Shown here: positions 40,486 through 50,908 of the stretch, one piece after another
Position numbering within the stretch: the stretch's first letter is position 1
How the letters are laid out: each line of letters begins with the position of its first letter
Source of the DNA: Candidatus Bathyarchaeota archaeon
GTDB taxonomy: Archaea; Thermoproteota; Bathyarchaeia; Bathyarchaeales; Bathycorpusculaceae
DNA: 64,000 nt
Reading direction: 5' to 3'
Assembly (NCBI GenBank): GCA_963717465.1
Contig: OY970340.1
Coordinates: 192,001 to 256,000 of the forward strand
The notes under the pieces: generated by a model
The model's database searches: none
What the model saw: only the letters and a program-made list of their open reading frames with translations
What the model was told of the DNA's origin: nothing
Translations under genes and position numbers: made by a program

Positions 40486-40977
40486 TTTGCTCTCTAACTA
40501 CAATCTGCTCGGTTGTTATAAAAGGACTACGTCAAGCGCGATGGCTTGTCGAGACTATTTGAAAATTATTTTTCGCTTTGAAAAGTTGCATTGTTTTTCT
40601 GAAAAATTAAGTGTTAGCCGGTATTTTAAACATGAAAGACACAATTTTCAGAAATATTTTTGACTTTTCACACAGTCTCTGTTCCCTAAATAAAAAAGTT
40701 TATTCAAAGAGACGGGATCTCGTATCTTCTACACGTTGTTTATCATTCTTTGTTTGGTTATCAATCTGGAGACAGCCCAAAACATTGGTAAATATGAAAA
40801 GGCAATATCACCAACGCGTTTCAATATCTAATTTGGGGACAAAGCGTCGCGCTAAATACCTCACCTCGGCTACTTCGAAAAAAAGTTGTTTGCAGGTAAC
40901 TTGGTTTTAACATCTTTATATTTCTTTTATTGGTATTTGTAAATCGTTGATGTGATTAAACTTCAGGGATAATTGAG

Positions 40978-41367
40978 ATGCGACTGTCTAAGCCAAATGT
41001 AGAAGAGATGGAAGCTAGAAAGGATATTGAAGGCTTGATAGGGGCTCTGAAGAATGAAGATTCGTTTGTTCGAGAGCAAGCTGTGCTGGCTCTTGGAAGG
41101 GTAGGGGGTGCAAAAGCGGTTGAGCCACTTATTGAGGCATTAAAGGATGAAAATAAATTTGTTCGAGTGAAGGCTGCATATTTTCTTGGAATGTTAGGTG
41201 ATGCTAGAGCGGTTGAACCTCTTATTATGGCACTAAAGGATGAATATGATATTGTTCGAAGGAGAGCTGTAACCGCTCTTGTAAAGATAGGCGATTTAAG
41301 AGCAGTTGACGCCCTCACTCAGACACTGGAGAATAACTCTGATTGTTCGGGTTGTACCGGTTACTGA
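40978..41367 (+). CDS. HEAT/PBS-lyase repeat protein
   Basis: Repeated AVEPLI.ALKDE..VR..A..LG. Confidence 0.85.
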   Translation: MRLSKPNVEEMEARKDIEGLIGALKNEDSFVREQAVLALGRVGGAKAVEPLIEALKDENKFVRVKAAYFLGMLGDARAVEPLIMALKDEYDIVRRRAVTALVKIGDLRAVDALTQTLENNSDCSGCTGY

Positions 41368-41438
41368 AAAAAGTGTAATAAACCTAAAAGTCTATTTTAT
41401 TACTTATAACAAAGCGCGAGCTTAGTGTAGTAATAGCC

Positions 41439-41900
41439 TTAAAAATTTGTGAGACACTTTTTTTTGAAAATCTTTCCACAACTAAGGCAAATCCAAGAAA
41501 ATCTCCCCTTACTATGAACATTTGTTGATTCGCAGGAAGGGCATTTAATTGAATGGGATATTTCTTTTCTTGTTTCTTCAGCTATTTCTTTCAAGTCATC
41601 TTTTAGAAAATCGGGAATGCTTTCGTAGTTATTAAGCCAACCATCGCAACCATATTCATTATAAAGTGCTTTGGCTGTTTTGTCTAGTAACTTAGCATAC
41701 TTTTCTTCTTTTAATTTAAAAGCGTTAGGGTTCAATTCAAGCATTTTGGGCAATTGCCACTTATAATATGAATATTGTGCTTTGGTTTTTATTTCCCGTG
41801 TTACAGGTTCGCCACTTGAACTACTTATTCCCATTACTAAACATCTTTTATTTTCATTATCTACTTCTATTTTCGCGTCTATCATGTTTTTTAAACCCAA
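41439..41900 (-). CDS. Hypothetical protein with a C-terminal zinc ribbon
   Basis: CPSCES..CLSCGKIF. Confidence 0.6.
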   Translation of the reverse strand: MGLKNMIDAKIEVDNENKRCLVMGISSSSGEPVTREIKTKAQYSYYKWQLPKMLELNPNAFKLKEEKYAKLLDKTAKALYNEYGCDGWLNNYESIPDFLKDDLKEIAEETRKEISHSIKCPSCESTNVHSKGRFSWICLSCGKIFKKKCLTNF

Positions 41901-42257
41901 TTTTCAATTATTTCTGAATTTAATCAGTCAGCAATATCCTCTTCACATATTTCATAGCCTTCAATGGAACATATTTTTATGTAATCTTGACTTATTACAC
42001 ATTTCATTGCATTATTTACAATATCTGTTCGACAATCATATTATTCTCTTCAAGCCAGGGATACCTAACATCGGCTACTTTTCCATAAAGGGGGATTCGC
42101 GGGTGATATCTTGACCTGACTAGAAATTGAAACAAGAGATAAGACTAATCTAGCTTAATAGAGCAACACTAGTCATTAAGGAGCACGTGATGTGCCTGTT
42201 TCTACGGTCCTGAGGATTTCTCTTCTCAAATCTTCCGTAGGTTGGTCTCCTTTTGTT

Positions 42258-42536
42258 CTACTTATTGTTTCCAGCTAGTGCAACATCTTTAATTGTGTAT
42301 CTTATCCACTTTTCGAAGTCTTTGCGTTGAAAATGGAATGCGATTGATTCCATTGGAATAGTTTGTAGCTTCGCGGCGAACTCGCTGAGATTGGTTGCAG
42401 TTATTCCAGTATAATTCCCAATGGCTGTGTAGAAGTGAAAGCCGTTTTCAAAGGGTACTGTCGTGAGAGACTTTGCACTAGTAGGTTTTGCGACTGATTG
42501 ATTCTTAACCTGAATATTTCTCGACATAGTTTTCAC
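42258..42536 (-). CDS. DUF5752-like protein
   Basis: FHFYT..A.NL.EF..L..SIAFH..DFEKWI..D..LA. Confidence 0.7.
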   Translation of the reverse strand: MKTMSRNIQVKNQSVAKPTSAKSLTTVPFENGFHFYTAIGNYTGITATNLSEFAAKLQTIPMESIAFHFQRKDFEKWIRYTIKDVALAGNNK

Positions 42537-42783
42537 CTCTTCTCCCAGAAAGACTGCGAAAAATCATGCAATAACTAATCTGACAGGATAAATACTAACT
42601 TGTTCGTCGCTTATAAACGTGGTTAAATAAGGCTAATTTTCTGCTAAATTCCAAATTTAGATTATTATTTTGACTATTTTACGTTTATCGTTAATTTTTC
42701 ACCATATTCTCAGAAAAGCCTTTGAAAAAAGAAGGGTTTTTGCGAAAAAAATACTGCTTCAATGGAGATACATCGCCACTATT

Positions 42784-42808
42784 CGTGGGTTCAAATCCCA
42801 TCCCCTTC
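42784..42808 (+). other. Degenerate tRNA 3'-end fragment
   Basis: GTGGG-TTCAAAT-CCCAT T-arm followed by CCCCTTC; no full cloverleaf. Confidence 0.5.
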
Positions 42809-42908
42809 TATCATGATAAAATATATAGCAAGTTATCTCTAACTTCTAAAATTTATTGCAGGTAATTTTAAGTTGAATTAAAAAAGTACTTTTTCTTACT
42901 TGTATTGA

Positions 42909-43117
42909 TGTGGCCGATGCGATTCAACGAACAATCGGTTAAGGTTTAAGATTGTCAGGAAACGCGGAGTCACATCGTTCTTAAACACGTTAACGGAAGG
43001 ATCACTATTATTGCGGTTCATGCAAAAGAAGAGATAGGTTCTGGGTTGCTTACCAAGATCATTAAAGACTCAGAATTATCAAAAGAAGAATTCATTAAAA
43101 TTTTAGAAACCCTGTAA
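42909..43117 (+). pseudogene. HicA-family toxin remnant
   Basis: Manual translation GFKIVRKR / SHIVLKHVNGRITIIAVHAKEEIGSGLLTKIIKD; frameshifted. Confidence 0.75.
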
Positions 43118-43169
43118 CCTCTCCTTCGAAGGACAATACCTTGTACCCTTGATAAGAATCAATTATCTA

Positions 43170-43516
43170 ATGTTATTCGAGCAACAGTTTTTCCTGTTGG
43201 CTTTTTGTTCCTTTTATCAATTGCCCCTTTTTGATTATATTATCTTTAAGTGTTGAAGGGACCTGCCTTATTTCCAACAAATCAACCGGCATTCTTAGCT
43301 CTCCTTCAATCTCTGAGTTCAAACGCAAAAAATCGTCAAAACCAACCTGAGGATCAGTATAAACCGCAACATCAACATCTCGAACAACCGCTCGTCTGGT
43401 TATGCTGCCAAAAAGCCAAGCAAGTTTGACGACTTTCTTCCCATCTAGAAAAACTTCAATCTACTGACTAAACGAGCTTTCTGTTCTACACTTAAATTGT
43501 AATAATAAACGGTCAT
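43170..43516 (-). pseudogene. Minimal nucleotidyltransferase (MNT), frameshifted
   Basis: Manual translation LAWLFGSITR..RDVDVAVY..PVDLLEI, out of frame with the ATG at 43516. Confidence 0.72.
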
Positions 43517-43700
43517 AAACGGGCATTTTTACCAAAATACACTATCTTGAGTTGAGCATATTACTGTTGCTCTAACTTCAATTCGGCGCAATGATGCTAT
43601 TTTCAGTAGCGGTGTCTAACTTATGGATAACCTGAACAGAATGCAACCTGGCAGAGTTTCTCGAAAGAAAAAAGGGAATTTGTGGGTAATGACAACTTGG

Positions 43701-43731
43701 CGTAGATTCAAAACCCCACCTCCCTGCACCA
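43701..43731 (+). other. Degenerate tRNA(Leu)-like 3'-end fragment
   Basis: GTAGATTCAAAACCCCACC-TCCCTGC-A-CCA. Confidence 0.5.
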
Positions 43732-43792
43732 CCGTTTCTTGCAGTTTCGTTTAGGCAAAACTTAAGTTCAGAGATTTCGTTATCATCCAAAC

Positions 43793-44134
43793 ATGGAGCT
43801 TGAAATCGAAAACCTGCCTAAATCCCTTCAAAAGCGAGGCTTAAAAGGAAAAATCAGGGAAATCTGTGAGAAAAACGACATTATGTTTATGGCAGTTTTC
43901 GGATCCTTTGCCAGGGGCGAACAGAAAAAAACCAGCGATTTAGACATAGTCATTGAATTCGACAAGACCAAACGGAAAAGCCTTTTAGACTTGATTCATG
44001 CAGAAAACGAGCTGACAAAGACGTTTAAACGGAAAGTTGATCTAGGGCTGCTCCACAGTTTAAACCCCTTAGTCGCGGAAGACGTGAAGAAGGAAATGCG
44101 CATTATCTATGAAAAACGACAGAGCTTATCTTGA
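43793..44134 (+). CDS. MNT antitoxin (nucleotidyltransferase)
   Basis: [19 protein letters not shown]. Confidence 0.9.
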   Translation: MELEIENLPKSLQKRGLKGKIREICEKNDIMFMAVFGSFARGEQKKTSDLDIVIEFDKTKRKSLLDLIHAENELTKTFKRKVDLGLLHSLNPLVAEDVKKEMRIIYEKRQSLS

Positions 44135-44468
44135 GCACATTCTGGATACCATTCACAACATAAACCGCTTCATTAAGGGTATGACCGAAAAAGAGTTTCT
44201 GAAAAATACCGAAAAACAATTTGCCGTTCTGAGGGGATTGGAGATTATCGGCGAAGCTGCAAAGAACATAAGCAAAGAATTAAAATCGCAATATCCCGAA
44301 GTTGAATGGGCAGACATCGCTGGGATGAGAGACAAACTAATTCATCAATATTTTGGAGTAGACTTATCACTTGTTTGGGAAACAGTAAAAATCAAGGAAA
44401 CAGTAAAAATCAACCTTTCTAAACTTGAAAAAACTGTTTCACAAATACTTGCAAAGTCTGCCAGTTAA
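44109..44468 (+). CDS. HEPN (DUF86) toxin
   Basis: [26 protein letters not shown] (RX4HXY). Confidence 0.9.
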   Translation: MKNDRAYLEHILDTIHNINRFIKGMTEKEFLKNTEKQFAVLRGLEIIGEAAKNISKELKSQYPEVEWADIAGMRDKLIHQYFGVDLSLVWETVKIKETVKINLSKLEKTVSQILAKSAS

Positions 44469-44544
44469 TGATAGAAAAACCCAGCTAAAGAAAGAAAGAG
44501 CCAAAAATAAGAAAATGTTATGTGCTTTTAACTTCTTAATGGTG

Positions 44545-44745
44545 CTAATGGCCGTGGCCACACTCGCTGCAGCTGCAACCTCCGGATTTTTCAGACGATG
44601 GCTTTTTAACGAATTTAGCGGGACCTTTATCGAACGTTTCTTTGCAGGATTTGGCACAGAAATAGTAGGTTTTGCCGTTGTAGTCGGATTTTAGCTTGGT
44701 CTTTTTCTCGTCAACCATCATGCCGCAGACTGGATCTTTCATCAT
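44545..44745 (-). CDS. YHS-domain protein (putative metallochaperone)
   Basis: DPVCGM..YYFCAKSCKETF..P, Cys/His-rich tail. Confidence 0.87.
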   Translation of the reverse strand: MMKDPVCGMMVDEKKTKLKSDYNGKTYYFCAKSCKETFDKGPAKFVKKPSSEKSGGCSCSECGHGH

Positions 44746-44770
44746 GAGTTTTTCACCTCGCTTTACCGAG

Positions 44771-46868
44771 TTATTTGCTTTTGTTGAACTTAAACTTAGC
44801 CAGCTTCAGGGTCGCTGAATTTGTTACAACTGTCAGGCTGCTTATCGCCATGGCTCCAGCCGCGTAAACAGGATTAAGCAATCCTAAGGCAGCAATCGGA
44901 ATCATTACGATGTTGTAACCGAACGCCCAAAACAAATTTGAGTTAATCTTTTGCATAGTTCTTTTACTAAGTTCAATGGCTAAAGCGACATCTTCCAAAT
45001 CATCTTTAATGAGCACAATGCCGCCTGCTTCCTTGGCGATGTCAGTTCCGCTACCAATTGCGATCCCAATGTCAGCTTGAGCTAATGCTGGAGCATCGTT
45101 AATGCCGTCACCAACCATCGCCACAGTCTTGCCCTCAGCTTGCAGCTGCTTGATGACGTCGACTTTTTGCCAAGGCAAGACGTTTGCTATAACCTTTTCA
45201 ATCCCTAGTTGCTTAGCAATCGCTTGTGCAGTTTTCTGATTGTCGCCCGTGAGCATAGCCACTTCAAGATTCATGCTTTTCAACTGGTTCATTGCGGTTG
45301 CTGCGTTTTCTTTCGGGGTATCCATAGCAGCAATTAAACCTACCGCTTGACCGTCAACTGCCAACATCATAACAGTTTTGCCGTTATCCTGCAAAATGGA
45401 CAGGTCATTTTCTAAAACTTCAACGTTGATCTTTTGCTCTTGCATGAGAGCGCGGTTTCCAAGCAGCACTTTTTTGCCGTTCACAGTACACTTTACTCCT
45501 CTGCCGGGCAAGGCTTCAAAGTTGTTGGTCGTGAAAAGCTTCACTTGCTGTTCATTTGCTTTCTTTGTGATGGCGTCTGCCAGCGGATGCTCTGAGCTTT
45601 GTTCCACGGAGCCTGCAAACCGCAATACATCATTTTCGCTGAAGCCTTCGTATGGTTTAATGTCGGTTACTGCGGGTTCGCCTTTAGTTAGTGTTCCAGT
45701 TTTATCGAAAACTACAGTGGTTAGTTTTCTTGCGCGTCCACGTATTCCCCGCTGCGCAGCAAAACTCCATATTCCGCGCCTTTGCCGACACCCGCTAAAA
45801 TGGCAGTGGGAGTTGCAATACCCATTGCACAAGGACAAGAAATTAACAAGACAGCCAACAATGCCAGGAAAGCGGTTGTGAAGCCTCTTGCAAAAAACCA
45901 GTAAGTAAACGAAACAGCGGCGACTGTGAAGATTATTGGTACGAACCATGAAACTATTTTATCAGCGAACTTTTGCACGGGTGCATTGCTGGCTTGTGCT
46001 TCTTCCACTAAATGCACAATTTGCGATAAAGCTGTTTCATCGCCTACTTTGGTAGCTTTAACTGTTAAGGCGCCAGTTTTATTGATGGTTCCGCCGATAA
46101 CAGGGCTGCCTATGGTTTTTTCCACGGGGATGCTTTCGCCGGTGAGCAGCTTTTCATCAACTGACGAGTAGCCCTCAGTTATTTGTCCATCGGTTGGGAT
46201 TTTTTCGCCAGGCTTTACAAGCATGACGATACCAACTTGCACTTCATCGATTGGCACATTGACTTCTTGTCCATCTTTTATAACTCGAGCCATAGTAGGT
46301 TGCAGCTCAAGCAGGGCGCGAATTGAAGCAACTGAACGGCGACGTATGAGCTCTTCGATATATTTACCCAACAAGACAAACGCTAGAATTCCAATCGATA
46401 CTTCAAGATAGCCCGTCCCTGAAGCAAAACGTGGAAAAAAGCTGCTAGTGCCCCATAAGACCAGCCTGCAAGTACACCGGTAGCCACAAGAACATCCATG
46501 TTGACATTGTGATTTCTAAGTGATAGGTAAGCGCCTTTAAGAATGTTAAAGCCAGCATAAAAAACGATTGGAATTGAAATTATAAATATAATAAAATTGT
46601 AAGCTGTTAGTTGCCCGACTAACTCCAAAGCATTTAAAGCTATCAAAAAGCCGAACGCTGAGGCAATTTTTAATCCAGCGGCTGCTATAGCCGCAAGCAG
46701 AGTTAAAGTAACTTTTCTTTGCATCGCTTTTAATTCGCGTTCTGGTGCAGTGTAAACATCAGCGCATTGTTGGCTACAAAAATAGTACGTTCGATCGCCT
46801 ATTTTGCGGCTTATAGCGGTCTCAGTATCCACATCCATGCCGCATACAGGGTCTCGAGCTTTAGCCAT
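44771..46868 (-). CDS. copA: Cu(I)-type P1B ATPase with an N-terminal YHS domain; two 1-nt frameshifts
   Basis: DPVCGM, NMDVLV, TGES, CPC, DKTGT, SEHP, GDGIND, YN, MAISS; breaks near 46435 and 45737. Confidence 0.9.
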
Positions 46869-46982
46869 TCATATTTCCCTTTTTACTTTTAATATACTAG
46901 TTTTAAAGGATATAATATCGATAAGTTAATGATTGAATTACCGATTGAATCGGTCTTTAAAAGATATATTTATTTCGGGTTC

Positions 46983-47060
46983 TGTTAACTTATTGATGGA
47001 TGGGTTTTTCTGTTAATTGTCGTGGGATAATTTTTCTCCATGTTAACTTTCGTGGGATAA
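46983..47060 (+). repeat. Left subterminal repeats TGTTAAnnnTCGTGGGATAA
   Basis: Copies at 47011-47030 and 47041-47060, plus a degenerate copy within the IR. Confidence 0.85.
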
Positions 47061-47257
47061 ACTAAAGAGCCATTGTAATCAATAGATTAGATTAATATCT
47101 TAATATGAGAAGCCTCAAATAAATATAAAGCAAATAATTGACGTAAGGTTGATTAAAACTGAACCAAGAAGAAGCAATACTTAAAATTTTTACTGATGCT
47201 GAAATAGTTAAACTAAAACAGCATTTAGGTCAAGGTCATTTCATCGATTGCCTTCTT

Positions 47258-47488
47258 ATGCTTGCTTTAAACTGCAATCAATGGGGCACAGCAAAAGAGT
47301 TCGCAGATAAAAACAATTTACCTCTGAGTTTTTATGCTTATAGAGCAAGAATGAAAGAGATTGAAAATCTCGGATATGCAACAAGCAAACCGATTGACCC
47401 TTTAAAAAAATCGTATCAAATAACTGAATCAGGAAAAAAAATCGTTAATTCTCTATTGTTATTTTTTGAGCAATTAAAAAAAGAGTAA
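47258..47488 (+). CDS. Small winged-helix protein inside the transposon
   Basis: RMKEIENLGY..YQITESGK; frame stays open upstream to ~47159. Confidence 0.7.
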   Translation: MLALNCNQWGTAKEFADKNNLPLSFYAYRARMKEIENLGYATSKPIDPLKKSYQITESGKKIVNSLLLFFEQLKKE

Positions 47489-47495
47489 AATAAAA

Positions 47496-48632
47496 TTAAC
47501 TTGATTTTCTGCTTGCATTTTCGATTAGAGTTTTCCACTTGTTTTCTCCTTGAATTTGGATACCGCAAGCTTCGGCGGGAGTTTTTCCTTCTAATGCTTC
47601 ATGGGGTCTGATATAGTTGTGGTAAAGTTGGTAGCCTTTCAAAACTGCCGTTGCATCCATCTTTAAACCCCTCATTGTCTTTTCTCTATCTCTAATTTCA
47701 CCGTTCATGCGTTCCATTTTATTGTTGTTTCTATCGCCTCTAAGTTGGATATGAGCAATATGCTCGGTTCTTGTCTCTTTACATTGTGTCCAAAATTCCT
47801 TTTTGTAAGCATCATGATAAGCTGGAAGACCATCAGTTATGAAGGTCATAGGCTTTTTGCCCATTAATTCTTTAGACATTTTTAGCAAGTTTCTTGCATC
47901 ATGTTTGTCTTTGGTTTCTGCGACTTCTTGGGCAATCCAGAACCTTGTCTCATCATCCATCATAGCAAACAAATATTTCATGTTACCGTTGATTTTGACA
48001 TATAGTTCATCGGCTCTCCAAGTGTCTGAAACATTTGGCTTTATTTTTTCAAGATATTCAGTCATTAAAGCCGTGTACTTAGTTACCCACTTTAAAATTG
48101 ATACGTGACTAATCGTTATTCCTTGAAGCTTTAAGAATTTCTGAACATTTCTAAGACTCTCTCCTGTGAAATATAACTGCATAGCGGAAGTGATAACTTG
48201 CGGCGCAACCCTTGTTTTTTCAAACCCTAAGTTTAATGTAAAGTGTTTTTTGCAATCTTGGCAGAGATAAATTTGGAGATTGCCTTTCTTGTTGTGTCTT
48301 AAGCCGTCTTTGACTATGTTTGATGAACCACATATTTGGCAGTTTTGAAGGTTCAATTCAGGGATAACTTTGTTAACTGCTACTTCAGTTCTCAGTTTAA
48401 TTGAAAGTTCAACAGCAAAAATATGTTTGCATTTTACGTGTCGGTAGGTGTGGTCTGGGCATTCACAGTGCCATTCACTGTCAACCTGATAAATCGCATA
48501 TTCGCCATTTCCCGATTGACTTTTGACTGTGTAAAAGTTCTCTTCAACACGGTTAACTTGACACTCTTTGGCTTTAGCTATTACTAAACCTCTTTCTTCA
48601 CGGATTTGTTCAAGTTTTTCAAGGCTCATCAT
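47496..48632 (-). CDS. IS6/IS240-like DDE transposase with N-terminal SWIM and zinc-ribbon domains
   Basis: CECPD..CKH (SWIM), CQICGS..CQDC, WRADELYVKI, ITDG, NNKMERMN, HNYIRPH..TPAE. Confidence 0.9.
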   Translation of the reverse strand: MMSLEKLEQIREERGLVIAKAKECQVNRVEENFYTVKSQSGNGEYAIYQVDSEWHCECPDHTYRHVKCKHIFAVELSIKLRTEVAVNKVIPELNLQNCQICGSSNIVKDGLRHNKKGNLQIYLCQDCKKHFTLNLGFEKTRVAPQVITSAMQLYFTGESLRNVQKFLKLQGITISHVSILKWVTKYTALMTEYLEKIKPNVSDTWRADELYVKINGNMKYLFAMMDDETRFWIAQEVAETKDKHDARNLLKMSKELMGKKPMTFITDGLPAYHDAYKKEFWTQCKETRTEHIAHIQLRGDRNNNKMERMNGEIRDREKTMRGLKMDATAVLKGYQLYHNYIRPHEALEGKTPAEACGIQIQGENKWKTLIENASRKSS

Positions 48633-48635
48633 GTG

Positions 48636-48700
48636 CTTATACCTGTATTGGTATAAGTAGCAACCAAGTATTTAAAGTTATACCATTAAGGGTATAACTT
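48636..48700. promoter_or_regulatory. Two palindromes TTATACC-N6-GGTATAA between the divergent transposase and methyltransferase genes
   Basis: CTTATACC-tgtatt-GGTATAAG at 48636-48657; AAGTTATACC-attaag-GGTATAACTT at 48675-48700. Confidence 0.72.
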
Positions 48701-48730
48701 ATATACATCTTCTGCTATAATCATAAAATC

Positions 48731-49876
48731 ATGCCAATATCTTACAAAGAAGTAAGCAACACCAAATACATCTATTTTTCTTATTATGATAACGAGCAAA
48801 GAAAAAAAATAGAAATTTACTGTGGAACGGCAAACGACCCTACAGCTATAGAAAAAGCTGAAGCACTTGAAAGCGAACATTTAAAGAAACAAATTTCAAA
48901 TCTCCAACTGCAACTAAAAGAGTACGATACTGGCACAATCAAGAAATCAAGAAAACGAAAGTCCAAAACTGTCAAGCAATCAATACAAGATAATATCGAA
49001 ATGCAAGAATATTTGAGAAATGCAACGCTCTATGACCCTGAAGTTTACTATAAAACAAGCGAACATATGGACGCAGTTCAGGATAATTCAATTCAATTAA
49101 TCGTGACATCGCCGCCATACAACGTAGGAAAAGAATACATTGCTTATGATGATAAAAAAGAGCTTCAAGTTTATCTCGATTTCCTTAACAATGTATGGAT
49201 AGAATGTAAAAAGAAACTATGTAAAGGTGGTCGTATAGCAGTGAACATCGCTGATACTTGGAGAACACCTTACATTCCGTTGCATTGCTACATCACTAAA
49301 CAGCTTGTAGATTTAGGCTTCTTGATGCGTGGTGTTGTCTTTTGGGATAAAGGTGCAAGCGTTGGCATTTCAACAGCATGGGGTTCGTGGCGGTCTGCCT
49401 CTAACCCATGTTTACGAGATGTCGGTGAGTACATACTTATTTTCGCAAAAGATGATTTCAAACTAGAATCAGAAACTAAAATATCAACTATCACAGCAGA
49501 CCAATTCACAACATATACAAAGTCACTATGGACATTTTCAACGGTTCAAAAACCCAAAGATAGTGACCATCCCGCACCATTTCCAGATGAATTACCCAAA
49601 CGTTTGATTTTGCTTTATACCTTTTTAGGTGGAACAGTTCTCGACCCCTTTCTCGGTTCGGGAACAACATGCAAAGTTGCTAAAGCTCTTGGCAGAAAAA
49701 GTATCGGTTACGAGATTGACGAAAGTTATAAGCCTGAGATTGAACTGAAAATTAATAGTGTGAAGTCAATCGGGTTATCACTTGACGCTTTCACTGCAAA
49801 CGGCAAAAAAACACTAAATCAAGATTTGCCTGCTATACCTATTTCCTTAAGGTCAAGTACGAACGATTCAAGCTGA
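48731..49876 (+). CDS. Beta-class amino-DNA methyltransferase (SPPY, probably N4-cytosine) with an ~100-aa N-terminal extension
   Basis: IVTSPPY, HPAPFP..LP, VLDPFLGSGTT, GYEID. Confidence 0.92.
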   Translation: MPISYKEVSNTKYIYFSYYDNEQRKKIEIYCGTANDPTAIEKAEALESEHLKKQISNLQLQLKEYDTGTIKKSRKRKSKTVKQSIQDNIEMQEYLRNATLYDPEVYYKTSEHMDAVQDNSIQLIVTSPPYNVGKEYIAYDDKKELQVYLDFLNNVWIECKKKLCKGGRIAVNIADTWRTPYIPLHCYITKQLVDLGFLMRGVVFWDKGASVGISTAWGSWRSASNPCLRDVGEYILIFAKDDFKLESETKISTITADQFTTYTKSLWTFSTVQKPKDSDHPAPFPDELPKRLILLYTFLGGTVLDPFLGSGTTCKVAKALGRKSIGYEIDESYKPEIELKINSVKSIGLSLDAFTANGKKTLNQDLPAIPISLRSSTNDSS

Positions 49877-50514
49877 CTTTTCTTTGTAACATCATAAATT
49901 GCTTTTACAGTAGCATTTCTATAGCCATGCAAGTGGTTTGGTATAGCATTAGTTACGATAAAGAAGTGACCTTTTGGGAAACGTTCATTCCATTTTTTAG
50001 CGTTTGCAAAAGCTTTTTTCTCTGTGTCTGAGCGCATCATTCCAGGTCTGTCTAGATGTGAGTGTGTTCCATCAGGATTTATAATATAGTCTGGTGACCC
50101 CTTTGCTTCTATCACCACATCAGTTTTTATCTCTAAATCATAAAGCCTAGTTACGTCAGAAGTAGGTCGTGCCGTTATCCCAAAATTCTTATTTAGAAGT
50201 AACCAAAATGCCCATTGGAATTCTTCACCAACATATGTGGCACGAGCTTGAAAAGTGGCTACTTCGTAAACATATCTTTCTCCGCATACTGGACAGGTAT
50301 CGGGTTTATCGCCCCACCCATATGAAAATTTTTTTAGTTCCATACATCTAACACAAACCCAACATTTATACAATGCCATAGCTTTGCAAATATTGTTGAA
50401 GCAACTTGTAAAATATCGTGAAAGTGAATCGTTTGTCATACCATTTTTTTCGATAATATCATAATTTTGTTTCGCTACTGTCAAGTATGGTGTAGCTGAT
50501 TCAGGAACTGACAT
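49819..50514 (-). CDS. Putative restriction endonuclease (zinc ribbon plus PD-(D/E)XK)
   Basis: CVRC..CPVC, YD..IEAKG; convergent with and overlapping the methyltransferase gene. Confidence 0.72.
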   Translation of the reverse strand: MSVPESATPYLTVAKQNYDIIEKNGMTNDSLSRYFTSCFNNICKAMALYKCWVCVRCMELKKFSYGWGDKPDTCPVCGERYVYEVATFQARATYVGEEFQWAFWLLLNKNFGITARPTSDVTRLYDLEIKTDVVIEAKGSPDYIINPDGTHSHLDRPGMMRSDTEKKAFANAKKWNERFPKGHFFIVTNAIPNHLHGYRNATVKAIYDVTKKSQLESFVLDLKEIGIAGKS

Positions 50515-50626
50515 AATTCACTTATTAATGACCTATTGATATTTAAAACTAATCAAATAAAAACAAACGTATAAACATAAGAAACGATAAATAATCAATT
50601 AAATGTAGTTTGGCGAGAGGGTTATC

Positions 50627-50908
50627 TTGTCAGTTTACAAAAGAAAACTTAGACAGAGTGAAGCTGAAAGATATTTTATTTATGTTGAAGCATCAGTTCG
50701 TAAAATGTTTCCTAAACCACTCGTAAAATTTTCCGTTTTAGTTAATGGTAAATCATTCGATGCTAGGATTGACGCTAGATGGCGTATTTGGGCTAACTAT
50801 TTCTGGAATTCACTATCATCATTCAAAGAGGGTGATATGGTCACTATTGAAAAAACTGCCAATCGTGCTTTTACTGTTTCGGTGAATCCTGCTGAGAATG
50901 TTCACTAG
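50627..50908 (+). CDS. Small B3/EcoRII-N-like pseudobarrel protein
   Basis: RKLRQSE..IYV..MFP..F.V..F.A.ID..RIW..EGDMVTI. Confidence 0.6.
   Translation: MSVYKRKLRQSEAERYFIYVEASVRKMFPKPLVKFSVLVNGKSFDARIDARWRIWANYFWNSLSSFKEGDMVTIEKTANRAFTVSVNPAENVH

Noticed and set aside
34540..43731. Complete tRNA genes at 34560, 42784 and 43701
   Set aside because: Only T-arm and acceptor 3' strands are present; no D-arm, anticodon arm or complementary 5' strand was found.
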